64,000 nucleotides of DNA from Hormiphora californensis (Eukaryota > Animalia > Ctenophora): positions 6,696,001-6,760,000 of the forward strand of contig CM035358.1 in NCBI GenBank assembly GCA_020137815.1, given 5' to 3'. Position 1 is the first letter of the stretch. Each line of letters starts with the position of its first letter. The notes beneath the pieces were generated by a model. It worked only from the letters and a program-made list of their open reading frames with translations, was not told the origin of the DNA and searched no databases. Positions 40,601 through 53,394 of the stretch are shown here, piece by piece. A program made the position numbers and the translations under genes.

Positions 40601-43600
40601 TTGGCATACATGCGCAGCAGACTGTTTCTTTCGATCTCTCAGTTATTTATGTAATAAAAACACATGATGTGTTTAAACATGATGTTTTTAATTGCCTAGC
40701 GTGACCCTCTTTCGCAGTTCGCACGCTCTGTTTACACCAACATTTGAACCCCCCCACCCCTTTTTTAGTATTCCCTAGCCCCCTAACTATATCCTCTTGT
40801 TGCCCTACAGGTTTTGGGACATGTTCTCCCGTCAGTACCAAGCTACACGTCGCTACGTGTTGCGGGGGAAGTTTCTAATGACCATACACGGTCAGGTTCC
40901 AACTACCCGGGTCAGGGACCATCAGGATTCACTACAGGCGTTCTGGCCGGGGGTCCAAACCATGGCAGGTAAAAATCTATCCCCGGTAGATCGGGGCCCG
41001 ACTGATACTTGAGCAATGTATGATGAAATGATTTGAGTTTGATTTGGATTTTGGACATTTTTGTAATAAATGACCTCTCTCTCTCCCTATCTCTCTTCCT
41101 CTGTTTTCAGGCGATATTTCCGAAGCGGATAGGGTGTGGGAACATTACTTCAAAGTCAGTAAAAAGAACCAGTACACACTGCCTGAGGCGTTTCTATTTG
41201 ATGAAAGGATGTACTGGCCCCAATATTACCTCCGGCCTGAGCTGATCGAAAGCAGCTACATTCTTTATCAGGTATTTAGTAGTCTAGGGAGTTTTTAAAA
41301 TGTCATTCATAGCATAATCAGTTGTCAAAGTGGTTTCATCTGCTTCAAATGGACCTTTATTTTGTTGCCTTCCTTTGAATTATCTTCTTCGCAGTGCCTG
41401 GTTAGCTCAGTCGGTAGAGCACGAGACTCTTAATCTCGGGGTCGCGGGTTCGAGCCCCGCATCGGGCTGCCTAGTTGGCTAACTTTTTGCCTTTTTTCAG
41501 GCTACGAGAGATCCTAAGTACGTTGAAGCGGGTGCCAGAATTATGCAAGCCATGGAACGAAGATGTAGGGTAATGTGCGGGTATTCATCACTAAAAAACA
41601 CCAATACTGGAGAATTAGAGGACAGGTAACTACTACTGGTGCTCTGCATTTTATTATATTGCCATACTGCTATTTGTTACGGCTGTTTTCCACAGGCTGG
41701 ATTCATTTGTTCTCGCGGAGACCTTCAAATACCTCTATCTCCTGTTTGCCGATCCTTCAGAGGTCGGAGTGGATATGGAGAAATATGTTTTTACAACTGA
41801 GGCCCATCTTATACCAATACACATCCAGAGATTCTCGAACGAAAAGGTAAATATTGGGCGTGGTTTGGGGTGTAGAATTATCATGCATAATTGTCATATA
41901 GGCTAATGTAGGCTATTTGGGACGGTGTCTGTCCTGTGCTGTGGACGTGGCCGAACAGAAGAGTTGAGTGGAATGGGATGGAGCGCGCGAAGTCGTGTTC
42001 CTTAGAGAATGAAAATTGTCAGCAGTTGAAAAACGCGCGTTGTTTTGATCAAATTGTAGAATTCACACGAACATGCTCTGAAACTGTTTCTCTTTCTCAA
42101 GAGATCGAAAAGAAAAGAAGTTAAAAAGAAAAGCAGGGTACGAGTTAATACGGTAAATCCTCAATGTCTCGCAGGGCATGTGCTTGAATATTAAAATTAG
42201 ACAGGGGGTTGTAAGAGATCGAGCATGTCTCTCGTAATGCTCCTGGTCCAATTTGAGTAGAATGAAAGAACAATTTAAGGACCAACACCGTTCAGACGAC
42301 AGACATAGTTCTTGTTTCGTTTACAAATTTTCAAACCCAGGTAAATGGAAGTAAGGGAGTATGCGAGAACAGAGGAGTATACGTTTGGACTTGGATTGAA
42401 AGGCTCATCTTTGGTCGTTATACTACCTCTACTTTCCCTGAAAACGTCTGTCCGGATGAGGATCAACCATATTTTAACAGGTAAAATAATTTAACAGCTC
42501 GATAAACTGTGTATAATAAGGGTTTATAAATGCTGCTGTTGGGGTAAAATGTAGACTGTAGGGGTTTTAAACATGAATTTTCTTGCGTAGAAATCTGAAA
42601 CTAGTCGCCCATTCAGGAGGGTAAGTTGATAAATGTACCTGCATGAAAATACATACTGAGCATGATTGTTAGCATTGAACTTCAGAACTTGTTGCTTATT
42701 TTTTCGTTGCTTTGGATTGAATAATAAAGGGAGACAGAGAGATGTATTAGCTAAATATCCAACCCCCTTGTCTCCAGGAAACGTCAAGAGACATCCTCCC
42801 TCCGTGCCAATGATTTTGATTACCGAAACAGCGAGCATGTGGCAATTCTCAGAAGTATGGGTATCACTCTAGAGCCTCTGGGCGGAGACAGGATACAGCT
42901 GGTACACAATGCAGCACAGGCCCATTCGGAACAGTTGGGGGTTGAGGGGGTTATCTTCATGAAGGAGATAACGGATCATGCCAACAGGCTCGCACAGTCT
43001 CGTGAGTAGAAATTAAAGTAATTTAAGTAGGAAATATAGAAAACAACGATTTAGCAGTACTAAAATTCAATTAAGAATCAGTAGTAGGCGTGTAATCAAT
43101 CAACGGATGATGATTGATACGAGTAAAAGTTTTATCATAATAAGTATTTTGATGATATTTCGGTATTCTCTCTTAGCGAAATAATGTGTTTCAGAGAAGG
43201 TCCAATACAACTAGATAATATCCCAATGTTTTTCAGAGAAAGCCCAACTAGATAATATCCCAATGAAAGAAGTCATGGTCACCAGTCTTCAAATGGGCAC
43301 CAAACTAAGCAGGTAACTATCACTAACTTACAAGCAGGTGACTATCACTAAATTTACCTAGTTACTATTGGAGAACCTAACAGGAATTAACCGGAAGTTC
43401 ACTTCGGTTCAGTAATATAAAGAAAAACCGGGTTCGGTCGTTTCCAGAAACTTTATTTAGTTTGCCAATCACTTCCCTGTTATGTATTATATTTGATGAA
43501 CTGAATCACTCACAGAGAGGCTGTGCTGGGTGAGCCACATAATGTTATGTATGAATCACACATTGATCCCCACAGGAAAGGCGATGTTTGGTCCCGAGCT

Positions 43601-46600
43601 AACCCCTGATAACCCTGTGGTTGGAGTTGCAATTCAGGCAGATCCTCCTGAGGGGTGTACAAAACTAGTAAACTCAGTGGCAGGGAGGATAGCAGTTCTG
43701 TTCAGAGGCGGTTGCATGTTTGTTGAAAAGGTACCTAATTCTTCATTGAACTGTTGCAGCCTGTAAAGTTGATATCCAAATTATCCCAAGTTCTTCTGTC
43801 TGAAAACTAACACCTAGTTAGTGATAGTTGGTTCAGTACCCTTTCCCTTCTTATTCCAAGTTAGATCCCAATGCCCCTTATTCTCAGTACCGCTCGCTAT
43901 CCCCTCTTATCAGTCCTCTTGTAATCTCAGGTAAGAATGGTGCAAGAGGCAGGTGGAATAGGGGCTGTTATTATTGATAACTCAGTTGATAGCAGTGCAG
44001 TTCTGGCCATGTCAGGGGATGGAAATAATAATGTTTATATACCCAGCCTCTTTCTTAACAAGGTAAAGTTTTTGTAATTCATTGCTTTGGTTGTGTGTGT
44101 AAGACGTTGTCCCTATCTTGATTGATAGGCATCTTACGTACACTAGAATTGATGGGAATAAAGTAAACACAAAGCTTGAATGGACGAATCTAATTGGTAG
44201 TACAATCACACTATCTCTTAACAACATGGCATAATACTCAGTATTCTCAGTACTACAAATACTACTATAACTATGTTCAAGATAATAAAGAAGTCCATAG
44301 AAGAGGTAGGGTCTGGATAGAGTCAAGCAGAAGAGCAACCAATTCCGGCTGTCAGATCTCCAAAAGTGTCCTCGAGAGAGAGAAGTTTCCGCTTATATAG
44401 GACTTAAGCGTAGATCTACGCCTACTAGTTTATTATATCTTGTTCCCCCAAAGAGTAGATCTACGCCTCCGACTTCCCTTATGTAACCAGTCAAACTCGA
44501 CTCATTAGCGTAGATAATCGCCGCTTATCGAATATCGAAGTCCTTATTAGCCATGTCGACTTACCACTTAATAGCTCTGACCTGACCTCAAGTGCGTCAA
44601 ACCTCTCTTTCATCTCCCTTCCTTGGGGTCCTTATCTCTCCTCCTCGGTGGTATGGATGATCTTCAAGCTCTGACCTCTCGGTCATCTCCCTTCCTTGAG
44701 GTCCTTATCTCTCCTCTTTAGTGGTATGGATGATCCAACACTCGGGCATCGAGGTCCGTCTAAATTGCCGTACTCAGATAGAGAGTCCCGTATATATATA
44801 TTACTAGGTAATCAAGACGTCACGGTTGTGATCGCCAAGTCTGCACACGGACCCCCGTGTACACTCCCACACTCTGAAAATCGCCATCAGGTTCCCTTGG
44901 TCCCATGACGGGAATCGAAGTCCATTTCTTAGAGGTACATCCAACTGCTGGTAATACTTGACACTTGTGTCCAATCAGGGTCCCTCAATGTCCCACCATC
45001 TCTGCAAATAACATGCGAATATTGCATCGGTCTCTACAGAGTTTTGACGCCTCACCGATCACACATTTCCCATCTTGCAATTGCAAAGGATGCCATATCC
45101 ATCTTTTTATATTGGTCTCTAACTTTGGTCTAGATGGAGGTGTCTTAGAAACCTCTTCACACGGTCCTCCGTGTACACTTCCCCTCCGAAAGCATCGTAT
45201 TGGACCATCGCTAATACCATCGTAGGAACTATGATGTCTTTTGCCTCTCGCCACCGCCTTGACCGCTTCGACTGTTGCTGTCGCTCTCTGACTTGGTCCT
45301 TTCCCATCCTCCTCTTTGCTCCACCTGCACTGACGACTTCTTAATACCACTCAACTGTTAACTTGCTCGTAAAAACCCATTAAAAAAATTCACCCTTGGA
45401 TTATACTTCATCACAATTTTATGGCGAGGCAACTGTCATCTGAGATTTCTTTCTCCCTGAATTGGGGTACTCCATCCCATCGAGTTGAACCCACTCCTAG
45501 AGCCCATCTAATGATCTCCTCTAGCGAGCTGCCATTTGGAAGCTATAACCCCAAAACATAAACATATCAAAAAAAATACACCCTCGGATTATGCTTCATC
45601 ACAATTTATGGCGAGGCAACTGTCATCTGAGATTTCTTTCTCCCTGAATTGGGGTACTCCATCTCATCGAGTTAAACCCACTCCTAGAGCCCATCTAATG
45701 ATCTCCTCTAGCGAGCTGCCATTTGGAAGCTATAATCCCAAAACATGAACATATCAAAAAATATTCCCACTTACACATCTCTAGCGGATGTTTCTAAAAA
45801 TTAGTCCTCTCCTCCTTCAGTTCGAACAATCATCTCCTTCTGTAAATTCTTCGTCTTACTCGAATACTCGATATTGTCCTTTAGCCATTTCCTCTTCTTC
45901 GGAGCAATTTTTTCCAACTCCAACTGGAAAAAGCTTTTCCTCATTCTTTCTGGAACAATTTGTGGCTCCCTCTCTGGAAAAAATTTTTGTCTCTCCTTTG
46001 ATCCACAACTCTAGTCTCCATCTGGAACATTCTTTCGTCTTGTATCTTCTCCTCATGTACACATGGATCGTCTGCTCCTCTTTTTCCTTTTTCAACGTTA
46101 TTGGAAATCTGTTTCCCTCTAATGAAAATGTTTAAATCACTTTCGTCGTTCAATCAATCCATCTTTAATATACCTGAGTACTTCGATAATCTTGCCTTGG
46201 GCTTTCTTCTTCTGGAACAAATCCTTATGCCTCATCTCTCTGGAACACATCCACTTCTGGAAAAAAAATCCTTTTCTCCTTTATAACGTTGATATCCTTC
46301 TTTTTCTGGAAGAAATTCCTAGCCTGGAACACATCCTCGCTAACTGGAACAAATCTCTGGAACACATTCTTTCTAACTGGAACAATTCTCGGGAACACAT
46401 CCTTTCGAACTGGAACATATCCTTTTTTATCTGGAACACATCCTTCTCTATCTGGAACACATCCTTCTCTATCTGGAACACATCCTTCTCAATCTCTAAC
46501 ATATCCTTCTCTATCTGGAACACATCCTTCTCTATCTGGAACACATCCTTCTCTATCTGGAACACATCCTTCTATATCTGGAACACATCCTTCGCTATCT

Positions 46601-49600
46601 GGAACACATCCTTCTCTATCTGGGACACATCCTTCTCTATCTGGGACACATCCTTCTCTATCTGGGACACATCCTTCTCTATCTGGAACACATCCTTCTC
46701 TATCTGGAACACATCCTTCTCTATCTGGAACACATCCTTCGCTATCTGGAACACATCCTTCTCTATCTGGGACACATCCTTCTCTATCTGGAACACATCC
46801 TTCTCTATCTGGGACACATCCTTCGCTATCTGGAACACATCCTTCGCTATCTGGAACACATCCTTATCTTCTGGACCACCCTTTATCTGTCAATATCTTT
46901 CTTATGCTGGACGTTTTCTGTACATGTCTTTGTCCGTGTTTCCTTTCAATCCTCCTTTTATCTAGAACGCTCCTGTTCCCCATTATCTGAAACACATTTT
47001 CTTTTACTTACTCTAAAACGTATCTTCTTCCAATTGGCCTGGAACGCATCTTCTTTTTTTCTTCACAGCAACAAGTTTTGTTCCTTCCTTCTGGGGCGTT
47101 TTTTTTTTCTTTTCTGGAACGCATCTTCTTCAGATTCATCATCTAGAAAGCATATTTTATTTCATCTGGATTGTTTTTTCTTTCACCTCCTCTTCTCTTG
47201 GCCCTTCCTCTTTATTAGTACAAATTCTTCTGTTCTTACTCTGATAGAAAGTCAATCTTTCTTTCCCACTTTTCCACGTAGTTTTCACGTATCAATTTCA
47301 TTCGGGGGTGGTTGACTCGTTGGTTGACGGAATTTTTTTTTTCTTCTCTCTACTTGGCTGCTGCCGCTTATTCCGTTGCAACGCTTCTGCGGCCACTCTC
47401 TTCCTCTGGGATGTATACCCAGGTTTGTCAGCTCCTTCTGAGTCTGACCAGCGGCCAGTGACCTCCGAGTCGTGGGTTCCTCTCTCTTGTGACTGATGAC
47501 TCCCACCTCGCCTTTATAAACTCCGATAATTCGGAACTCAAACAATATGGTGCACCCGAGTATCCAGTTGTTACTGCCGGAGTATGCTTTGCTCGGCCGA
47601 GATTCTCCGACAGCAACTTCTATCTACTCTGAAACTTTATATCATGACAATACGACGGAGTGAATGCCTCTAACTGGAAGTAATAAGTACAATCACCGTC
47701 ATCAGCCCTGTTTGGTCGTATGTCAAATAAAGTCCCGTTGAGCCTTGGGGTAGAAACCGTCACTCCATATCCCCATTTAAGCCCCTAAATTCAGCCAACT
47801 CTCTTCAACTTCACTACTAGCGATGTCTGTTAGGCTTTCCATCTCACCGTTTGCATGGAGTTCACTTTCCGTCAACATCAATTGGATGTCCCTTGGTTTG
47901 AGGTAGAGTGATCAGCTCTCCCTCAGCTGGTAAACACAGTGATCAGTTGCATTTATCAGCAATGGGCGACCTTTATTTCAATGAACATCGTTTTTCCCAC
48001 TTCTCCACATCTGTATATCATTAGATTTCATCAACTCCTGCCTTAACAACACCTCCGAAGTTCTTACTAAATCTCTCCAACTTTGTCAACTCTACCACTT
48101 TTCTTCTTCTTCTTTTTTTTTTTTGAAATTCACCCCGGTGCTCTCCAGCTCTTCTCTGGAACAGGTATTCTCACCTCGCCCCTCTGGAGTAGGTATTCTC
48201 ACCTCGACTCTCTGGAACAGGTATACTTCAGCTCCCTTCAGCTGAGGAGGTCTACTCGCCTCTACCCTCTTTAACGACAATGCTCGTCTCCTCTCGGTAC
48301 TAGCCACAGCTATTTCCCCTCATGTCCTCATTTTATCATGTCATTCACAGTCCCGCACAATAATTTCCGTCTTCCCGTTCAATTATTTTGCCCAAGTGGG
48401 CTCCGCTGATAAATCTAGCTTCTGCTAGTTTCAGGGATGAATAACCCATCTTAAAACTGGTCAATCAAAAAGAAGGTTAAAAACATTGCATTCGGGACAC
48501 TGGAATAGGTATCATAACCTCTTCTATCCGGATCAAGTCTCCTTATCTCTTCTATCCGGATCAAGTCTCCTTATCTCTTCTATCCGGATCAAGTCTCCTC
48601 ATCTCTTCTATCCGGATCAAGTCTCCTCATCTGTTCTATCCGGATCAGGTCTCTTCACCTCTTTTATCCGAAGCAGGTCTCCTCACCTCTTCTATCTTCA
48701 ACCTCCTGCCAAACCGGCAATAGAGACTTTATGATGCACTTTCTTACTGATGGTCAAACACAACATTGCATCATCATCAGGTCTAGTCACTTTTTATTCA
48801 GATCAGGTATCATTACTTGAACCTCTGATTTAGGCTATAACACCTCTTTTTACTGTTTCATCACCTCTCTTGTCTGGAATGGTTCTCATCACCCCTCCCT
48901 TCTGGGTCATGTTTCATCTCCTTTGGCCCGCTCTAGTTTCTTTCCTGTAAAGTAGTCTTTAAGTCTCGGCCTCGATGGTAAAGATCAATCAACCAACACA
49001 GGAACTGCAACACCTTTGTCTCCTCTTACAGGAAAAGTGACATCTTATGTCTTCCCTCTCGGGATCTATGCCATACCACTTCACCTTGGTCCTTGAACCT
49101 CACACATCCTGGTAGAACGTAATAGGACTCCTCAGAGGTAGATGTTGACCCATTTCTCAGGACCTAAAATATCCGCTGGCCTCCTCTCAGGATCTGGAAC
49201 ATCCTCTGGCCTCCTCTTAGGATCTGGAACATCCTCTGGCCTCCTCTCAGGATCTGCAACATCCTCTGTCCTCCTCTTAGGATCTGGAACATCCTATGGC
49301 CTCCTCTTAGGATCTGGAACATCCTATGGCCTCCTCTTAGGATCTGGAACATCCTCTGGCCTCCTCTCAGGATCTGCAACATCCTCTGTCCTCCTCTTAG
49401 GATCTGGAACATCCTCTGTCCTCCTCTCAGGACCTAAAATATCCGCTGGCCTCCTCTTAGGATCTGGAACATCCTCTGGCCTCCTCTAGCGGTCTCTGTA
49501 ACAAGCTCCTACCAATCTTCAAATGTCAAAAACATGCTCTCCGTTGCCTTTTCTCACTCAGGCGTAGTCCGGGTGTTCACGGTCTGCCCGGCACCAAAAC

Positions 49601-52600
49601 AACTTTTAACACTAACCAAATCTTGACTGTTCACAACCAATACTTCCTATCAGTCTTAGCAGTTGTCCATAGGGATATTTTTGTCGGGGAACTAGTCCAG
49701 TTCTCCGAAAGGAAAGCTGATTTGGCCATCATACCTAAAGGTGTCCACAGGTATCTGGACCCTAACTTCTATTTCATGGGCCCTAGGCTTTGGAATTCTT
49801 TCTCCTGCAAGTTAAATTCTCCCAATACTAGCTCGTTTAAAAGGTCAATCAAGCACATGCTACTCGAGAATCAGGTTAAAGGTGATCCCTCAAGTTGGGA
49901 AGATTCTAACTATTCTCCGGTTCAAAACAAAAGATGATCTGATGATACTGTCAAAATATGATCTCAAGATAATGCCAAAATACAATCGATTAAAAGATGT
50001 TACAGAATAGTTTTTCTTAGTCCACACGTGGACCTTTACTCCCAGCCGTCCTGTCTAGGACAGACAACCCTCACCACCACAGACCCCAGTCCACGGACTG
50101 TTTCCTTTCCCATGAACACCTCATTTTATTTTCTCAGTGTTGTTTTCTTTTTAATTCACCCTGTTTTCTTTTCCCTTTTTTTCATGTTGTTTTTCAGCTA
50201 GATTGAGCTGCTTTGTGTGTTCCTATTTTTCAAGTGTGTTTTTTACATGTGTAATTTTGATCTGATTTTTGTTTCATTATGTTTTCGTACACCGCACTTT
50301 TCGTACCCCACCCTACTGTGTTTTTCCTTCCCTTTTTTACAGTCCCTCCACCCTTAGTATTTTGTATCCCTTGTTACTGTATTGTTCTCATTATGCGATC
50401 TAACCCTGACATCCCCTTTCGCTTGGGGAGGGCCTGGAGTGAGTGGGTCGCCCGGTCTGATCGAACTACCTAGTCAATTGACCATTTCGTTCATACCGGG
50501 CGTACTCGTTTGCCCTGGGTGCTCCCCTTGAGAAGGATGGGACCTCTTTCCCCTCTAGCTCTAACCGTAACACCCACGCCCCTTTCTCTTGGGGAGGGCC
50601 TGGGGTGAGCGGGTCGCCCGGTCGGATCGACTCGTCTTTCTTGCCGGGCGTTACTCGTTTGCCCCGGGTGCTCCCCTCGGGATGAGGTGGCACCTACTTC
50701 CCTTCTAGCGTATCCCACTTTAGATCCTTTCAACGTTCCTGTCCTGTTTTCCTCCACACATATCCATCCTCCAGCTCCATACTCCTGCGGAACTATATTC
50801 CCCACAAGCCTGTGGATTTTCGAGAAACTGTTTTTAGTGCCTTTTGTTTTTTGTGTGTTTAGCGATCTTCCTCGCACGGGGACGGACTAAACTACGGACT
50901 GTTTTATAGTGTGTTTTCCATTATTTTGTTCAATTTTAAATTTTTTCAATCAATCAATCAATCTCAGGATCTGGAACATCCTCTGGCCTCCTCTTAGGAT
51001 CTGGAACATCCTCTGTCCTCCTCTTAGGATCTGGAACATCCTCTGGCCTCCTCTTAGGATCTGGAACATCCTCTGGCCTCCTCTTAGGATCTGGAACATC
51101 CTCCCTTCAGGATCTCGAACGTCCTAAATCAGCTCTGTAATTAAAATTTGAAGAACCACTGTAACTTCTCCAATCCCGTACAAAGAAGCAGAAACAAAAT
51201 GCGTTGTGGGCCATACAACTCCTTCTCTCAATCTACTCTTCTCTTTTACGGAATTCAACCGACTAAACTGCTATTCTCCCTTTGTTTCACTATTTCGCTA
51301 TCAGCTATAGCCTTCAATCAGTGCTATATTATCATCACACCTATCAATTGCAATGTGAAGCTCGGCTAGTTATCTGGATAAAGTTCTCGAAACCCAACTT
51401 TAACACTTCTCTCGATCCGCCATTGATTATTTTCGATTCCCTGTCTCTCTATTTCAGCTTCTCTCTCTTCTCTTTCTCCGCCTTTGTTACATCTGTCCGT
51501 CTTTGCTTCTAGCTTTTTGATCCTCTTTTGTATCTTTACAGTCTTAAGTTTTGTCTTTAAACACTTTTTCTCTGCTCGAAGTTTCTTACACTCTTCCTGT
51601 AGTTTCAAATTCAGCGCCCCTGATTTTGCAAGCTCCTTCTCTAAAGTCTTCGTCTTCTCTTTCCATTTATTTCTGCTCACCTTTGTACCTACTGTGCTGC
51701 AATTTATTGCCGATACGTCATTCGCTATACAGCACTCCCCTGATTGCTTTTCAGCGCCTCTGAAGCCTTCTCGAACCGCCGGAGTATTCAACGACAACAC
51801 GCCAGCTCTCACGTCTTCTTTTTTCGCTATCGCATCAAGAACTAAATTACCTGCTACATCAAAAGTGACTCTTTCGTCACCTACCTTAATATATTTTAAC
51901 AATCCTTTACAAGGCGATGTACCCTCCATGGGGTTTATTAGCATCTCCTCTTCACCACTATCCTGTAACAGCGCTCTCTCCTCCTCCTCCGTCAACCATA
52001 AATCACCGTTTTTACGAAAAACTCACCAACTAAAAAAAAACAAAATAAAATGCTCCCCAGCAAAAAGTTTCCAAATTTTTTTCTCTTTTCCCCAAAAGGG
52101 CCTTTTTTTTTTAAATCTTAAATGGAAATTTGAAGTTAGGTTACAAAAGACTTTTGGGAAAGACTAAAAATATTTTATTCGTGTTTTTTTTCTCAACTTT
52201 GAAATGGAAAATTTCCCCATCCTTCTTCCCTCTTCTTGGTTCTTGGGGGTCTTTATAAAAACACGGCCGAATAGGCTTCACCCCCCTTCTTTTTGGAGAA
52301 AAAGGGGGGGTAGGCCCCGGGAGGGGGGGGGGTTTTACCAAAATTTGAGCGGGGTTTGCCATCCTTTTTAGTCCGGGGTGAAAAAAATTAAAATTTTGAA
52401 TACAGCCTGCCCGGTGCCCGAAAGATTGTAAAAACGGTTATATCCCAGATCCCCACTTCGGGGACAACAAAAAAAAACCCACCCATAAAATATTTTAAAA
52501 CTTATGGGTTACAAAATGCTGAATCCACCCAAGCAAAGTCATGGGCTCTAATTCAATAAACAGGTTTCTAACAAAAAAACGGATCTAAGCACCATATCAA

Positions 52601-53360
52601 AACATGTTCTTAAGTTGGGAGGCCCAAAGCATTTTTTTTACTAAGTAAATTTTTTTTAAATTAATAACAACTAAAAGCGGGGCTCCAGAATGGGTGAAAA
52701 ATACATAACAATGCATCAATGACTTTTAACTGATTAATGTATTAATATGTTTCAATTCTATCATGTTTCAATTCCCCTTGAGAAAGCCTTCTCCCTCAGT
52801 AAAATGGGGGTTAGGAACATAAGTATATCCCGAAGGAGACCCAAAAAGAGTCCCCTTTTTTTTCCCTGGGTTTTGTTTTTTGCAAAAAGGGCCCCCCAAA
52901 TTTCCCCAACCTTTTTAAATTTTTTGGGTTTTTTTTAAAAAAAAATTTTTTTAATTTTTAATTTTTTTTCTTTTCCCCCAAAAAAATTTTAAAATCTCCC
53001 TATTTAAAATTTTTCCCTGAATCCAAGGCCTTTATGAATTTCTATTCTATTCTTTAAAATTTTTAAAAATTTTTTTACCAACCTCCCCTTTTCCCCCTCC
53101 CACCCTTTTAAAGGGTTTTTTTTTTAAAAACCCCCCCCCCTTTTTTTTTTTTTTTTTCCCCCCCCCCCCCCCTTTTTTTTTCCCCCCTTTTTTTTTTTTT
53201 CCCCCCCCCCCCCCCCCCCCCCCTTTTTTTTTTTTTTTTTTTCCCCCCCCCCCCCCCCCCCCCCCCCCCTTTTTTTTTTTTTTTTTTCCCCCCCCCCCCC
53301 CCCCACCCCGCCATACCCCTTTTTTCCCCCCCCAAAACCCCCCCTTTTTTTTTTTTGTTT

Positions 53361-53394
<34 letters not shown>

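Noticed and set aside
46192-46990. 257-aa and 233-aa + strand ORFs
   Set aside because: Derived from the 21-bp minisatellite and antisense to the element.
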